Source of the DNA: a virus
Lineage: Duplodnaviria > Caudoviricetes
Strand: one strand, 5' to 3'
DNA: 31,887 nt
IMG/VR virus record: IMGVR_UViG_3300027533_000062
Coordinates: 1 to 31,887 of that record
Of this stretch, positions 1-10,123 are shown one piece after another. Each line of letters opens with the position of its first letter. The first letter of the stretch is position 1. The notes under the pieces were generated by a model, which was given only the letters and a program-made list of their open reading frames with translations, was not told where the DNA came from and made no database searches. The translations under genes were made by a program, and so were the position numbers.

Positions 1-756
1 GATGTCGAGAATCTCGAATTCGACCCGATCAAAATCAACCAAGAGGCCTGCACGTATTTTGAGTTGATGCTGCGGGACCGCGTCAATCAAGCGGCGCGTT
101 CGATCACGCTGGCCTACGCTATCGGTACTGATCTTGATGCCATTGCTTCGCGCTATCCCGGTGGTGTGCCGCGTCTCGAGGGCGAGTCTGACGACCGCTA
201 TCGGCGGCGCATTTGGTTGAGCCCAAACGTGTTGTCGCCGCATGGCACGGCGGAAGCCTATGAATATTGGGCGCTGACTGCACTGCCGATCCTACGGGAC
301 GTGACTGCCATTCGTTCGGTGATGCACGAGTATTACCCGACTATCTTGATTACGTGTTTGATGCCGCTGGAAAACGGAGACCCTCGGCCATCTCAGGAAC
401 AGTTGATCCAGGTTCGAACCTACATCCAAAACTTGTCGCGTCAGGGTTTGACCGATGTCATTGCGGTTTCTGCGCCGAAGGTAAGGGAGACCGCCTACAA
501 GATCGCCGTCTGGCTGTATCCTGGAGCTATTCCAGAACAGACATTGGCAGCTGTCAAAACCAATCTGCAGAAACTGATCGAGAACCAATACTGGCTCGGC
601 CACGATCATACGCACACGTCGATCCATGCTGCATGCACCGTTTCAGGGGTTCACCATGTCGAGATCATTGAACCGGCCCAGAATATTGAGGTCAGTTCCG
701 ATTGGGTCGTGAAGGTGACTGACGTGGTTGTGACCTTGGCCGGGCGAGCCGTATGA
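1..756 (+). CDS. Baseplate J-like protein (P2 gpJ family), 5'-truncated by the window
   Basis: Frame is open from base 1 (DVENLEFDP...LMLRDRVNQAAR). It carries gpJ motifs LAYAxGxDLDAIA, ESDDRYRRRI and GTAEAYEYWAL, and lies upstream of a gpI-like gene. Confidence 0.92.
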   Translation, partial: DVENLEFDPIKINQEACTYFELMLRDRVNQAARSITLAYAIGTDLDAIASRYPGGVPRLEGESDDRYRRRIWLSPNVLSPHGTAEAYEYWALTALPILRDVTAIRSVMHEYYPTILITCLMPLENGDPRPSQEQLIQVRTYIQNLSRQGLTDVIAVSAPKVRETAYKIAVWLYPGAIPEQTLAAVKTNLQKLIENQYWLGHDHTHTSIHAACTVSGVHHVEIIEPAQNIEVSSDWVVKVTDVVVTLAGRAV

Positions 757-2129
757 CCGAAATCATTCAAGCTCCTGGTGCCAAACTTCTCTACCGGGCT
801 TCATCCGGACTTGAGAAGTCTATGGCCGATGTGGATGGCGAGCGACTGATCGGCACCTATGCTGAGATCATCACGGACCAATGGGATCCGTATAAAATAA
901 GTTACAACAATCTGCCTTATCTCGCCTACGCAATGGGTGCATTGCTGTGGGAAGAAGGCTGGACGGAGAGTACGCAGCGAGAGTGGACGGCTAGACAATT
1001 TGAATACAAGTCTTTACGCGGCACCCAAGACGGTATCGCGATGGGACTGGAGTTTGCCGGTCGGGACTTTACCGGCGGTTATGAAATCACTCAGGCTATC
1101 CGGCCGCCGCAAGCGTTCTATGCTTCGCCATCGATGGATAAAGAAGCTTTCGATTTCTGGGTCCACCAGATGCCGGAGGTCCGCATCACGTTCTACGAGG
1201 GTGTCGGTTGGGACGGCGTTGACGTCTTATTTTGCGGTGATGGCGGTGCAGGCTGGCACGTTGGACTAGATGATGGCGAGGCGCTGCATGGACGTAAGGC
1301 TTTCCTGCGAGTACGTGGGGAAGACATCCCGCTGCAGATTTACAAGTTCAACAAGACAATCAACGGACGCACATCTATCGACTACGAACGAATCTCTATC
1401 CCCGGTATTTCCAGGCTTGGTTATACGGCAGAAGATTTTGTTGGCGAGGACAAGTTCGTTTGTGTTGAAGACATTGAACCAAAGCTTGTAACGGTTCGGA
1501 TTGATGGATCATACGATCATGAGCAAAGTTTATTGCACCTTGACACCGTGCTGCCAGGACTGGACCCGATTGACGTTCGATACGAACGTGAGTCTGACAT
1601 CGGATGGGGTAACTCGTTTTTCTTCGTCAACGACTGGCCGGACTCCAGAAATCTGGTGCCACCCGCGGAGCCTGAGATTGACCCGCGCATTTATCTGCCG
1701 CCAAACGTGCCACGCCCCTATCAACCCTTGGTGTTCTACGCGGACGCTGGTTATGACGCTGCGCGCATGCTGGCGGATCGTATCTTCCTGTATGACCCGG
1801 CGATCATGGCAAATATCACCGGAGGCATCTCCTTCGTCGGTGTCGACTACGTAAGCTGGCCACCCTACACCGCAGATCTAATGATTGATCTGCACACTGA
1901 TGATGATGTCTGGAGTTGGTTTGCCGACGAGGGCTACACCACCGATGACAACTACTTTTCAAGCACGGTGCAGCTGCAAGACTTCGATCGTAGCAATCGC
2001 ACCGTCGCTGTATCACAGGCGCTGAGGGATAGGGTGCGAACTGCTTACGACCCAACGCGACTGATTGAATTACGGGAACGCGCCTTCACAGAGACCACAG
2101 TTGATCAGCAGGTGCCTAACCTGCTTTAG
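753..2129 (+). CDS. Phage tail protein I (P2 gpI-like) with long C-terminal extension
   Basis: N-terminal WDPYKISYNNLPYLAYAMG...W...RGT motif of Tail_P2_I; ATGA overlap with J. Confidence 0.8.
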   Translation: MTEIIQAPGAKLLYRASSGLEKSMADVDGERLIGTYAEIITDQWDPYKISYNNLPYLAYAMGALLWEEGWTESTQREWTARQFEYKSLRGTQDGIAMGLEFAGRDFTGGYEITQAIRPPQAFYASPSMDKEAFDFWVHQMPEVRITFYEGVGWDGVDVLFCGDGGAGWHVGLDDGEALHGRKAFLRVRGEDIPLQIYKFNKTINGRTSIDYERISIPGISRLGYTAEDFVGEDKFVCVEDIEPKLVTVRIDGSYDHEQSLLHLDTVLPGLDPIDVRYERESDIGWGNSFFFVNDWPDSRNLVPPAEPEIDPRIYLPPNVPRPYQPLVFYADAGYDAARMLADRIFLYDPAIMANITGGISFVGVDYVSWPPYTADLMIDLHTDDDVWSWFADEGYTTDDNYFSSTVQLQDFDRSNRTVAVSQALRDRVRTAYDPTRLIELRERAFTETTVDQQVPNLL

Positions 2130-2140
2130 GAGAAGTATCC

Positions 2141-4519
2141 ATGGAACGGAAAGTTAATGTCCAAGACTGGCAGAAGGTCACGGTCGAAGATTTCAACAAC
2201 TTCGGCTTATTCCCCCGCTACTCTTTTGACCATGTCGTCGGGGACACGCTTATTCCCGGCATGGCCTACACCGGATTCGCCACGGTGCAGGATGCTCCGG
2301 CGGTGGTCACGGTAGGAAACGGGCGGTTGTTTCACGCTGGTCTTGTTTTCTATAACGACAACGAGGGTGGGACGAATCTCGATCTGCTGGGTGTTCTCCC
2401 GGTCGTCACTCGCAAGTATGTCGGCGTCGTAGTGTGGGGCCAAGAAATTGAAACGGATACGGAGCCACGAACGTTCTTGACTGATCCGGTAACGCGCGCA
2501 ACGGTGGCGCGTGTTGTCAGTACAGAAAATCGTCGCTGGGCCAATATCAGCACCGTCGTCGGCGCCGAAAGTCCGGATCCGCAGCGACCGGTTATTGCTT
2601 CCAACACGTTGGCGGTGGCGTGGATCTTGCTGGATTCCACAGGCATTGTGTCCATTGAAAAGGTGGAAGACAACTACGCACCGAACCTTGCCAACCTCAA
2701 CGAGAGGCTGGATGAGAACGATGCGTGGCGCACCCGCACCGGCTCGCGTCTCGATACGCTGGCGACTGACCTTGCTGCGCTGGCTGCTCGACTCAACGGT
2801 ACTGCGTCACTCAAGTTCACACTGAAGCTGGCGGCAGATATTGCACGCATCAGGGAGACGCTCGATCTTCCTGACACCTATTCGTCATGGGGTGCGGATC
2901 ACTTCCTGACGACAGACGAGAGCGACATCAACCACGTAGATTGGGTGGCCAAGGTTGAGGAGGGTATTCGTTTCCCGAACGAGGCTGAGCGTGATTCACA
3001 GATCGGACTGTTTGATCCAACCGACCCTTCGGTCATGAACCAAGCCAATTTCGTGCTGCCAGCCTATGATCAAGTCGCGCGGGTTGAAGTGCTAGGCAAT
3101 GACGGTGAACTGTCGATCTCACAAAATCAGCATCAGTTGATCAACTGGGAACTCTGCACCAAGACCCGCACGCGCATCCGCTGGGGGACGGCGTTCTATG
3201 TTTGCGCTAACGGTGTCTGGTGGTTCGCGCCAAGTGGTCGTGACTGGATAACGTCGATTGGTGAGGGTGATCAATACTCCAATGGATGGGGCATTGGCGG
3301 CAACACCGTCAACACGGATTTGATTTATGATCCGATCCGCAATATCTTGACACGCGGAAACGAGACATTCCAAATCCTCGACGTGCAGGATAACCCGAAC
3401 CATACCGTCGTGCGACTTGTGCAGTTCTGGGTCGATGAAATCATTGACAGCTATTACTGGCGGCAGATCGTCACTATCCAGGGGCTTTCTGGGTCGGTGA
3501 TTTCGCAGACATACCTCAACTCGCAAGGCGGCTGGCTTACATCTGTCGATTTGTTCTTCACTCGTGTTGCGACGACCGGCGATGTTCATGTGCTGATCTG
3601 TGAGTGCGGTTTGGGTGGTGCGCCGGACTTCCAAAAGACAATTGCACGTTCGACCATCACCGTCGATCTGCTGCGTACGATACCAAACCACACCCGCGTC
3701 AACTTCTTGCCGACCTATCTGGCAAAGGGTGCGCGATACGCTATCGTGCTGCAGACACCCGGCAATCACTTCGTCTCACTGGTTCACAATAACAAGTTCG
3801 CACAAGGTTCGCTGTTCCATTCGTCTGACGGTGCGTGGTCTATCGGCGATCTCTACAAGGACATGGCGTTCCGCCTGAACTTTGCGAAGTTCAGGACTAA
3901 TCGCTGCACTGTGCAGTTCAACAATCTTGAGCTCGCCGACGGCATTGCGTCTATCGACCTCAACTTCGATTCGACGCGCCCGCCGGGAACTACGATTCAG
4001 TTTGAGGTGCAGGTGAACGGTGAGTGGAAATCGCTCGGCTACTATGCCAGCAACCCGCTGCTCGGCAAGCCACCGATGCTGCAGTTCCGTGCTCAACTGA
4101 TTGGAACAACCGATGAGATGCCGGGTATCGGTGTCGCATCGAACAGTCGCTCGCTGACAACGCGCCCGCGCAATGACTTCCGGCATATTTCTACGGCGCG
4201 CGTTATGCCGAACTCCGGTACGGTCAACACGGTCTACGTGGATTATCGCCTGGAGTCGTGGCGAGGCCCTCCCTACCACACGTTCACACCGCGCCTGTTG
4301 ACCGGCGCGAGTTATGTGTCGGTGCGGACACCGTCATTGATCGAAGACGAAATCGATCCGAATGATCCGACCACGCTGTTCCGGAGATGCACTTGGAATC
4401 TTGCCGCGCTCGGTGGCGTACCCATCACCGGTTATAAGATCAGGTCGGAGGGAACGACTGACAACGAGCTCGCCTGCTTCCTTGTCGGCGAGCGTATCGA
4501 TATCGGCGTAAACATCTAA
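2141..4519 (+). CDS. Large virion/baseplate structural protein (DUF4815-like)
   Basis: 792 aa with RBS AGGAG. The beta-rich C-half (SQTY...LTSVDLFF...YAIVL...DMAFRLNFAKF) resembles DUF4815-type proteins. Lies between gpI and the tail fibre. Confidence 0.6.
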   Translation: MERKVNVQDWQKVTVEDFNNFGLFPRYSFDHVVGDTLIPGMAYTGFATVQDAPAVVTVGNGRLFHAGLVFYNDNEGGTNLDLLGVLPVVTRKYVGVVVWGQEIETDTEPRTFLTDPVTRATVARVVSTENRRWANISTVVGAESPDPQRPVIASNTLAVAWILLDSTGIVSIEKVEDNYAPNLANLNERLDENDAWRTRTGSRLDTLATDLAALAARLNGTASLKFTLKLAADIARIRETLDLPDTYSSWGADHFLTTDESDINHVDWVAKVEEGIRFPNEAERDSQIGLFDPTDPSVMNQANFVLPAYDQVARVEVLGNDGELSISQNQHQLINWELCTKTRTRIRWGTAFYVCANGVWWFAPSGRDWITSIGEGDQYSNGWGIGGNTVNTDLIYDPIRNILTRGNETFQILDVQDNPNHTVVRLVQFWVDEIIDSYYWRQIVTIQGLSGSVISQTYLNSQGGWLTSVDLFFTRVATTGDVHVLICECGLGGAPDFQKTIARSTITVDLLRTIPNHTRVNFLPTYLAKGARYAIVLQTPGNHFVSLVHNNKFAQGSLFHSSDGAWSIGDLYKDMAFRLNFAKFRTNRCTVQFNNLELADGIASIDLNFDSTRPPGTTIQFEVQVNGEWKSLGYYASNPLLGKPPMLQFRAQLIGTTDEMPGIGVASNSRSLTTRPRNDFRHISTARVMPNSGTVNTVYVDYRLESWRGPPYHTFTPRLLTGASYVSVRTPSLIEDEIDPNDPTTLFRRCTWNLAALGGVPITGYKIRSEGTTDNELACFLVGERIDIGVNI

Positions 4520-4533
4520 ACGGAGAATTAAAT

Positions 4534-5001
4534 ATGGCAACGGATAGATATCCAAACCAGAATGTCACTATGCCGATGACTCAGGGACGCGTTGATGCGG
4601 CGCGTGCCAGACTTGATCCCGGTCGCCCCGCGACGCCAAAATATAGATCGGCAAACGGCAAAGGTTCGCGGCGTGAAACACGACCGGGCGAGTGGTTCGA
4701 TGATCGACATATCGAAATCGGTGGGCCATCATCACCGTCTGAAGATTCACCGCCAGAAGGCAAGGCGGAAGGTCGCGCGGTGCCAGCGTCCTACGATCCG
4801 CTCAAGGTGTACTCGGTCACACTCGGCAAGCCGGTGGTATTCTCCGGCCGCATGCTGTCGCCAGCCAAGCAATACCAAATGGTCGGTGATGCCTGCACCG
4901 AGATCACTGCAAATATCGTAGATGCGGTCGAGATCGGCGATATCCCGGCCGATCCAGACGCACAGCCAAGTTCTGCAAAGACAAAGTCAAAGGCCAAGTA
5001 A
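4534..5001 (+). CDS. Hypothetical protein in the tail operon
   Basis: RBS GGAG, 155 aa, fills the gap between flanking genes. Confidence 0.7.
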   Translation: MATDRYPNQNVTMPMTQGRVDAARARLDPGRPATPKYRSANGKGSRRETRPGEWFDDRHIEIGGPSSPSEDSPPEGKAEGRAVPASYDPLKVYSVTLGKPVVFSGRMLSPAKQYQMVGDACTEITANIVDAVEIGDIPADPDAQPSSAKTKSKAK

Positions 5002-5002
5002 C

Positions 5003-6832
5003 ATGGCACTGAAACGGCTTGACGAAGAGTTCGAGCTGAAGCCTGGGACGCAGCTGCTCCCATATATGCGGCGGCTGCTCCCCTCACTAGAGGGACGTTT
5101 TCAAGTTTTGGAAACGGAACAGGATATCGTCAAGCAACTGACGGAGGATATTCGGGCGGCGGCCTTGTCACGCATGAACGAAATATTGATTCCGGCAACT
5201 GAGGATATCATCGCTGTCACCAAACTCGGATTCTTGCTGGGGCCGAGCTCGACGTTGATGGAGCTGAAGCTGGGGCCGACGTACTTGATCATCGACGAAG
5301 GTCCGCAGCGCAACTCGTTCACGCCATCGCCCTACTTGATCATCGAGCGCGAGGCCAACATCGATGATTATGCTATCGCGCGTTTGGATGGCTACACGCA
5401 GGAGTCCGGCGAACTGCTGATGACCATCACGGCGTGGCACGGCAACGCCGGACCGCACAGTGATTGGATGGTATCTTCGACTCCTGGCATGGCGGACAGC
5501 ACCAAGCTGTATCACGATGCTGTTGGGCCGATGCACGACACGGTCGTTGCTGACCACGCCGATGTCGTAGTGAAGCATCAGGAGATCCTTGATGCTATCG
5601 AAGCGTTGGAAGAAGCCGGACTCGATCTGTTCAACTACGTGCGCCGCGACGGTACGGTGCCGTTCACCGGAGTGCAGCCCGGTGTGCATCCGCCGATTGG
5701 TTCGAACGATGCCTCATTAGCGACGACTGCTTGGTCTCGCGCGCGTATGATCGAGTACGCGGGCAATGCTCTGCAGAAAACTGGCGGCACCATGAGTGGA
5801 CCGCTGACATTGGCTGGGGTTCCGGTTGCACCGTTGCAGGCTGCGACCAAATCTTACGTCGATTCAATTATCGGCGCTGGCGGCGTGATCAGCAATTCGG
5901 TAACGATTCAGGCCATCAATCCATCACTGCGCTTGCAAGCTACTCTGCCGGGACAGACACGTTCGATAGAGGCGCTTGGTCAGCAGGGCATGATCAAGTG
6001 GGCAATGAATCTTGCCGACAACACCGCTGAAACGGGTGGCGACGCTGGCTCGAACTTCTCGCTGGTTCGATACGGCGACAGTGGCTCAATCATCGATACC
6101 GCGCTCGGCGTGAACCGACAGACCGGGATCACGTCAGTTCGTGGACTGAATAGCAGTGCGCCCGTCAACGTGATTGGAGATATCGGCGCCTATCGCCTCA
6201 ACGCGCCCACCACTGGCGCGCTGTATCTGAATCAGGCGAGGACTGCCTACCATTACTTTGATGGAGCGAACCATACGTTTGCCGGTGGCGGCGTTCTCTG
6301 CGGACCGCTTACATCTGGCCACATCAACTGCCTCAGCATCTACACGCAGGGCAATGCGATCACGACATGGGGCCTCACGTCACACGGCACCGTAACGGTG
6401 AACGGCCAGCACAATATCAACGGCGCGCTGCAAGTGGCGTCCACCGGGCCGATGATCACGATGTATGATACTGACTATGGAGCGCACTACGTCCACGCCA
6501 ATCAAGGACTCATTGGTTTCCTGAACTACAACAGTCAATGGATCCAGTACACCACCGTCAACGGCCACATTTGGTCACCGGCTTACGGATGGATTCACGA
6601 CTACGTTTATAACAATAGTGGTGTGCAGACGACGCGATGGGTTCACGCGGGCGATATCAACTGGGAGAGCTATTACTACCAGTTAGCGGAAATCGGGAAT
6701 GCGTGCATGACCGGCGTGTTTGCTATCGGGGTTTGGTATAGCGGATACAGCAACAATGTCTATGCTGGTCGCTGGCGTCAACTGCAGATGATGATCGCTG
6801 GCGGCTGGTACACATCCGGATGGGCATCATAA
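5003..6832 (+). CDS. Tail fibre / receptor-binding protein
   Basis: Start taken at ATG 5003, just after the upstream stop. Contains LQKTGGTMSGPL...AATKSYVD fibre motifs and an aromatic-rich C-terminal tip (GRWRQLQMMIAGGWYT). Confidence 0.85.
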   Translation: MALKRLDEEFELKPGTQLLPYMRRLLPSLEGRFQVLETEQDIVKQLTEDIRAAALSRMNEILIPATEDIIAVTKLGFLLGPSSTLMELKLGPTYLIIDEGPQRNSFTPSPYLIIEREANIDDYAIARLDGYTQESGELLMTITAWHGNAGPHSDWMVSSTPGMADSTKLYHDAVGPMHDTVVADHADVVVKHQEILDAIEALEEAGLDLFNYVRRDGTVPFTGVQPGVHPPIGSNDASLATTAWSRARMIEYAGNALQKTGGTMSGPLTLAGVPVAPLQAATKSYVDSIIGAGGVISNSVTIQAINPSLRLQATLPGQTRSIEALGQQGMIKWAMNLADNTAETGGDAGSNFSLVRYGDSGSIIDTALGVNRQTGITSVRGLNSSAPVNVIGDIGAYRLNAPTTGALYLNQARTAYHYFDGANHTFAGGGVLCGPLTSGHINCLSIYTQGNAITTWGLTSHGTVTVNGQHNINGALQVASTGPMITMYDTDYGAHYVHANQGLIGFLNYNSQWIQYTTVNGHIWSPAYGWIHDYVYNNSGVQTTRWVHAGDINWESYYYQLAEIGNACMTGVFAIGVWYSGYSNNVYAGRWRQLQMMIAGGWYTSGWAS

Positions 6833-7281
6833 TGGATATCATCGATCACGGCGAGTGGGTCGGCTACACGCCGAGCGACTATCCGATCAAGGGGCTACCA
6901 GCGACCATCGTGTATGCGATGCGCGAAAGCGATGGTGCGGACTGGTATCTGTTTCAGCGTAAAGAACTCACCGCCACCGACTCGATCAAGATGCTGCTGC
7001 GCAAGACCGACCAAGGCTGGGCCGTGATTACGACGACCTACGATGCGTCTTCTCTCTTCCCAGTAGATTCACGCCTGATCGAAGTGCGTGGCGCAACTGC
7101 CGACCATGAATCGTTCCGGATGAACCTTGTCGATTTGGACAAGAAACAATTCACGCCGCCGATACCCCCCGAGGATCGGCCCAACATGATGAAGATAATC
7201 ATGGAAGAGCTTGGGGTGGACGAGACCAAGATGAAAGCAAAGTTAGACGCGGCGCTAAAAAACAGGAGATCACATGGCTGA
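6832..7281 (+). CDS. Probable tail fibre assembly chaperone
   Basis: TAATG coupling to the fibre gene; ESDGADWY...DASSLFP pattern typical of fibre assembly proteins. Confidence 0.65.
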   Translation: MDIIDHGEWVGYTPSDYPIKGLPATIVYAMRESDGADWYLFQRKELTATDSIKMLLRKTDQGWAVITTTYDASSLFPVDSRLIEVRGATADHESFRMNLVDLDKKQFTPPIPPEDRPNMMKIIMEELGVDETKMKAKLDAALKNRRSHG

Positions 7282-7567
7282 CCAAGCTTTCTTCGAGGGG
7301 AGACAAACGACTCCTCTGCCTCCGGGGCATGAACTGTCTCCAGTGTCGGCCCTGCGGACGATGGCCGTCAGAATGGAATGCAACCCGGTCGGGCAAATTA
7401 TTGTGACACCGATCATTCAAGACCAGAACCTCGGTGACTATATCCGGGAGATCCGTATCTTCTCGGCGGCGGTTAACGGAGCAGAAGCTGAACTGTTACT
7501 GTCTGTCAGGTTGCACGCGCTGACGACCAAGCAACTTGAAATTCAAACACCCCCAAGCAAGTTCTAA
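7274..7567 (+). CDS. Hypothetical protein
   Basis: RBS AGGAG, 97 aa, overlaps the upstream stop. Confidence 0.7.
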   Translation: MADQAFFEGRQTTPLPPGHELSPVSALRTMAVRMECNPVGQIIVTPIIQDQNLGDYIREIRIFSAAVNGAEAELLLSVRLHALTTKQLEIQTPPSKF

Positions 7568-7582
7568 CAGGAGTGACCCACT

Positions 7583-9216
7583 ATGGCTGATCCGACCTTT
7601 GGTATTAGTATCCGTAGAGTAGACGAAGGTGCGCGTCCTGTTATGGCCGCTGACCTTTCGACAATCGGCATCGTCGGACCGGCACCGTTGGCCGACCCGA
7701 CTGCGTATCCGCTCGACACACCGGTTTTCGTTAATTCTAACGACACCACCAAGACAAAGAAACTCGGCGAAGCCGGGTATCTGTCTGATGCTGTTCGTGG
7801 CATCAACGACCAGCTTGGTGAAACGCAGTTTGCTGCACGCATCGTTATCGTGCGAACGGCAGAAGGTACCTCTGTAGATCCAGCCATCAAGTTGCAGCAG
7901 ACGATTTCCAAGATCGCCGGCGACAGCTTGAACGGCACCGGCATGTGGGCGTTTCTCAAGTCGGCAGCGAAATTGGGATTCACCCCTCGTATCTTGACTG
8001 CTCCTGGATATACGAGCCAGATGGCCAACGGTGTCGGTGCCATCGAACGGACCGTGCCGGGGACGACTTACGTGCAGGACCATCTTTATCCCATCACGTT
8101 TAGCGGCGGTGGTCCGAACGCTGTTCAGGCTGTCGGTCATGCTTATGGTATGTCGGACGGATCATTGGGAACTGTCTCGCTGGATCTTCCCGGTGCGTGG
8201 TATGATACTCCGCCAACCGTTGCGGCTCCTGCTCCAGGACGAAGAGTAACGGCGGCGGCAGTGGCGATCGGTGGTATCGGCTATCAAGTTGGCGAGCAGC
8301 TGATGCTTCCCAACGGCGTGGTCTTGACTGTGGCCACGGTCAGCACCGGTTCCGTTTTGACGGCGACCGTCACCAATGCAGGCTTCCTGGTCGGTACCGA
8401 AACTCCGAGCGTGACTCCAGAAGAACCTATCAGCACGTCTGGCTCTGGCAACGGAGCGGCGTTCACCTTGACATGGGTATCGACTGGAACAACCGCGACC
8501 TATACCGCGGAGCTCGTGGCGGGTGCCAATCCGGTTGTGGCGGGTGCCGTGTCATGGATCCGCTGACTTCGTTCATTGTGATCCGTCCATTGGCACCCCG
8601 CATGGCGGGCATCATGGTCGCGCGAGATCACGCAACCGGTGCGCCGTTCCATAGCGCGGCGAACCAACCCGTGCAGGGCATCATCTCGCCGAACCGAGAA
8701 ATCGGTTTCAGCCTGACCGACTCGGCCAACGAAGCTCAGGAACTTCTGGCTGCCAATATCGGCGTGCTGATCCGCGGTGAAGTCGGTGACGATTTCGCTA
8801 TTGCGGCAGGCGGCTTCGTTCTCATCAGCACGGACAACGCTGGCGAGGATGAACTGTGGAGGATGTACAACGTGATGCGTGGCCGAGACTATATCCACCT
8901 CGGCATGCTGCGTGCGCTGCGCTGGTATCTGGGCCGTTACAACATCATCGGTCACACGGTGCAGGCCATCCTGAATACCATGAAGTTCTTCCTGCGCGAC
9001 CTGCAGGCCGATCAGCACATCCTCGGCTATCAGGTTGGCTTCAAGGCTGAAGGCAATTCGCCAGAGCAGATTCGCCTTGGCAAGTTGACCGTCGGCTTCA
9101 AGGCCGAGGAGCCGCCAGTGCTGAAGCACCTGACCATCGAGTCTTCCCGTTACCGGGAAGCCATCGACGCCATGGTGGCAGACCTTGCATCCCAGCTGAA
9201 CCTCTCGACGTCGTAG
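7583..9216 (+). pseudogene. Tail sheath protein (P2 FI family), split into two frames (7583-8566 and ~8540-9216) with an apparent internal deletion
   Basis: N-part has STIGIVG...TGMWAFL...GFTPRILTAPG; C-part has ARD...PFHS.ANQPVQGI...NVMRGRD...EEPPVLKHL. The frame changes at ~8540-8550. As assembled it is broken, which could be an assembly artefact. Confidence 0.75.
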
Positions 9217-9245
9217 CCATCATCTGTTAACAGAAGGATTCTAAA

Positions 9246-9818
9246 ATGACAGCCACTATCTACACGCTGGAAAGCGTGAACATGATCTGCGGCGATACGG
9301 GTGACGGCACCGCTCCAGGCGTCAGCACTCACCTTGTGCTCCAGGAACTCAAGCTTCCTGGTCTCGAAGAGAACTACGTGGACCACGCGCCCGGTGGTGC
9401 GCCGATCGCCATCGAAATCCCGACTCACATGAATCGGCTCGAGGCCACGTTCAACTTGGCCGGTTGGGATCCGGACATCATGACGTTCATCAGCCGCGAA
9501 GAGCGTCGCTACCAGCGGTTTTCTGTGTACGGCTTGATCCGAGACAGGAGAACAAGCAAAGCCCTGCAGGGTTACGCTGTCTTGGAAGGCCGCATCGGCC
9601 GTGTCAACCCGACGGCGTTCCGCAAGGGCGACCTGATGGCGCACGAGTACAGCATTCGGGCCATCACGCACTATGAGCTCTACATGCAGTTGGAAGCCGG
9701 TGAGGAACCGTGGGAGGTTTATTGGTGGGACTTCTTCACGTCCACCAAGCGCATCGGCGGCGAGGACCAGAACAAGGATCTGGTCAGGCTGCTGGCACTT
9801 CCGGCGGTGGCGACGTGA
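9246..9818 (+). CDS. Tail tube protein (P2 FII family)
   Basis: ELKLPGL...H.PGG, LEATF.L.G and THYELY...DFF motifs; directly follows the sheath. Confidence 0.9.
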   Translation: MTATIYTLESVNMICGDTGDGTAPGVSTHLVLQELKLPGLEENYVDHAPGGAPIAIEIPTHMNRLEATFNLAGWDPDIMTFISREERRYQRFSVYGLIRDRRTSKALQGYAVLEGRIGRVNPTAFRKGDLMAHEYSIRAITHYELYMQLEAGEEPWEVYWWDFFTSTKRIGGEDQNKDLVRLLALPAVAT

Positions 9819-9976
9819 CGGTTGCCGAACTCATCAAGATTCTGGAACGCCAGGATCAAAACAAACGGGTGGTCTGCGCCGATCGGGACGGCGCAGGCAC
9901 TTCCGACGACGTTGAAAACGTGGATCAGCGTGTCGACAAGGGTGAGCCGGTCATTGCAATCTGGTACTACAGGTGA
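9815..9976 (+). CDS. Small hypothetical protein (MTVAELIKILE...)
   Basis: GTGA overlap with the tube stop; the N-terminus is a common small phage protein pattern. Confidence 0.6.
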   Translation: MTVAELIKILERQDQNKRVVCADRDGAGTSDDVENVDQRVDKGEPVIAIWYYR

Positions 9977-9979
9977 TGC

Positions 9980-10123
9980 ATGGGAAATTTTCAAGACGAA
10001 CTGCATGATCTAGTCGACAAGTGGGTCGCTCAGGGCGATGATCCAGAAAGCATGATCAGTGATTTGGAAAGCGAGATCGCAAGGCTCAAGGTCGCCAAGC
10101 GTCACAAGCCAGGGGACAAATGA
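9980..10123 (+). CDS. Small hypothetical protein, 47 aa (MGNFQDELHDLVDKW...)
   Basis: Read manually (below the ORF-track cutoff); its stop overlaps the next ATG (ATGA). Confidence 0.6.
   Translation: MGNFQDELHDLVDKWVAQGDDPESMISDLESEIARLKVAKRHKPGDK

Noticed and set aside
6400-6832. Tail fibre tip as a diversity-generating retroelement target
   Set aside because: It is Asn/Tyr-rich, but I found no template-repeat copy or reverse transcriptase in the window. One outside the window cannot be excluded.
8473-8553. ORF-track start at 8473 for the second sheath part
   Set aside because: The translation before GGCRVMDP is an off-frame reading of the first part, not sheath-like.
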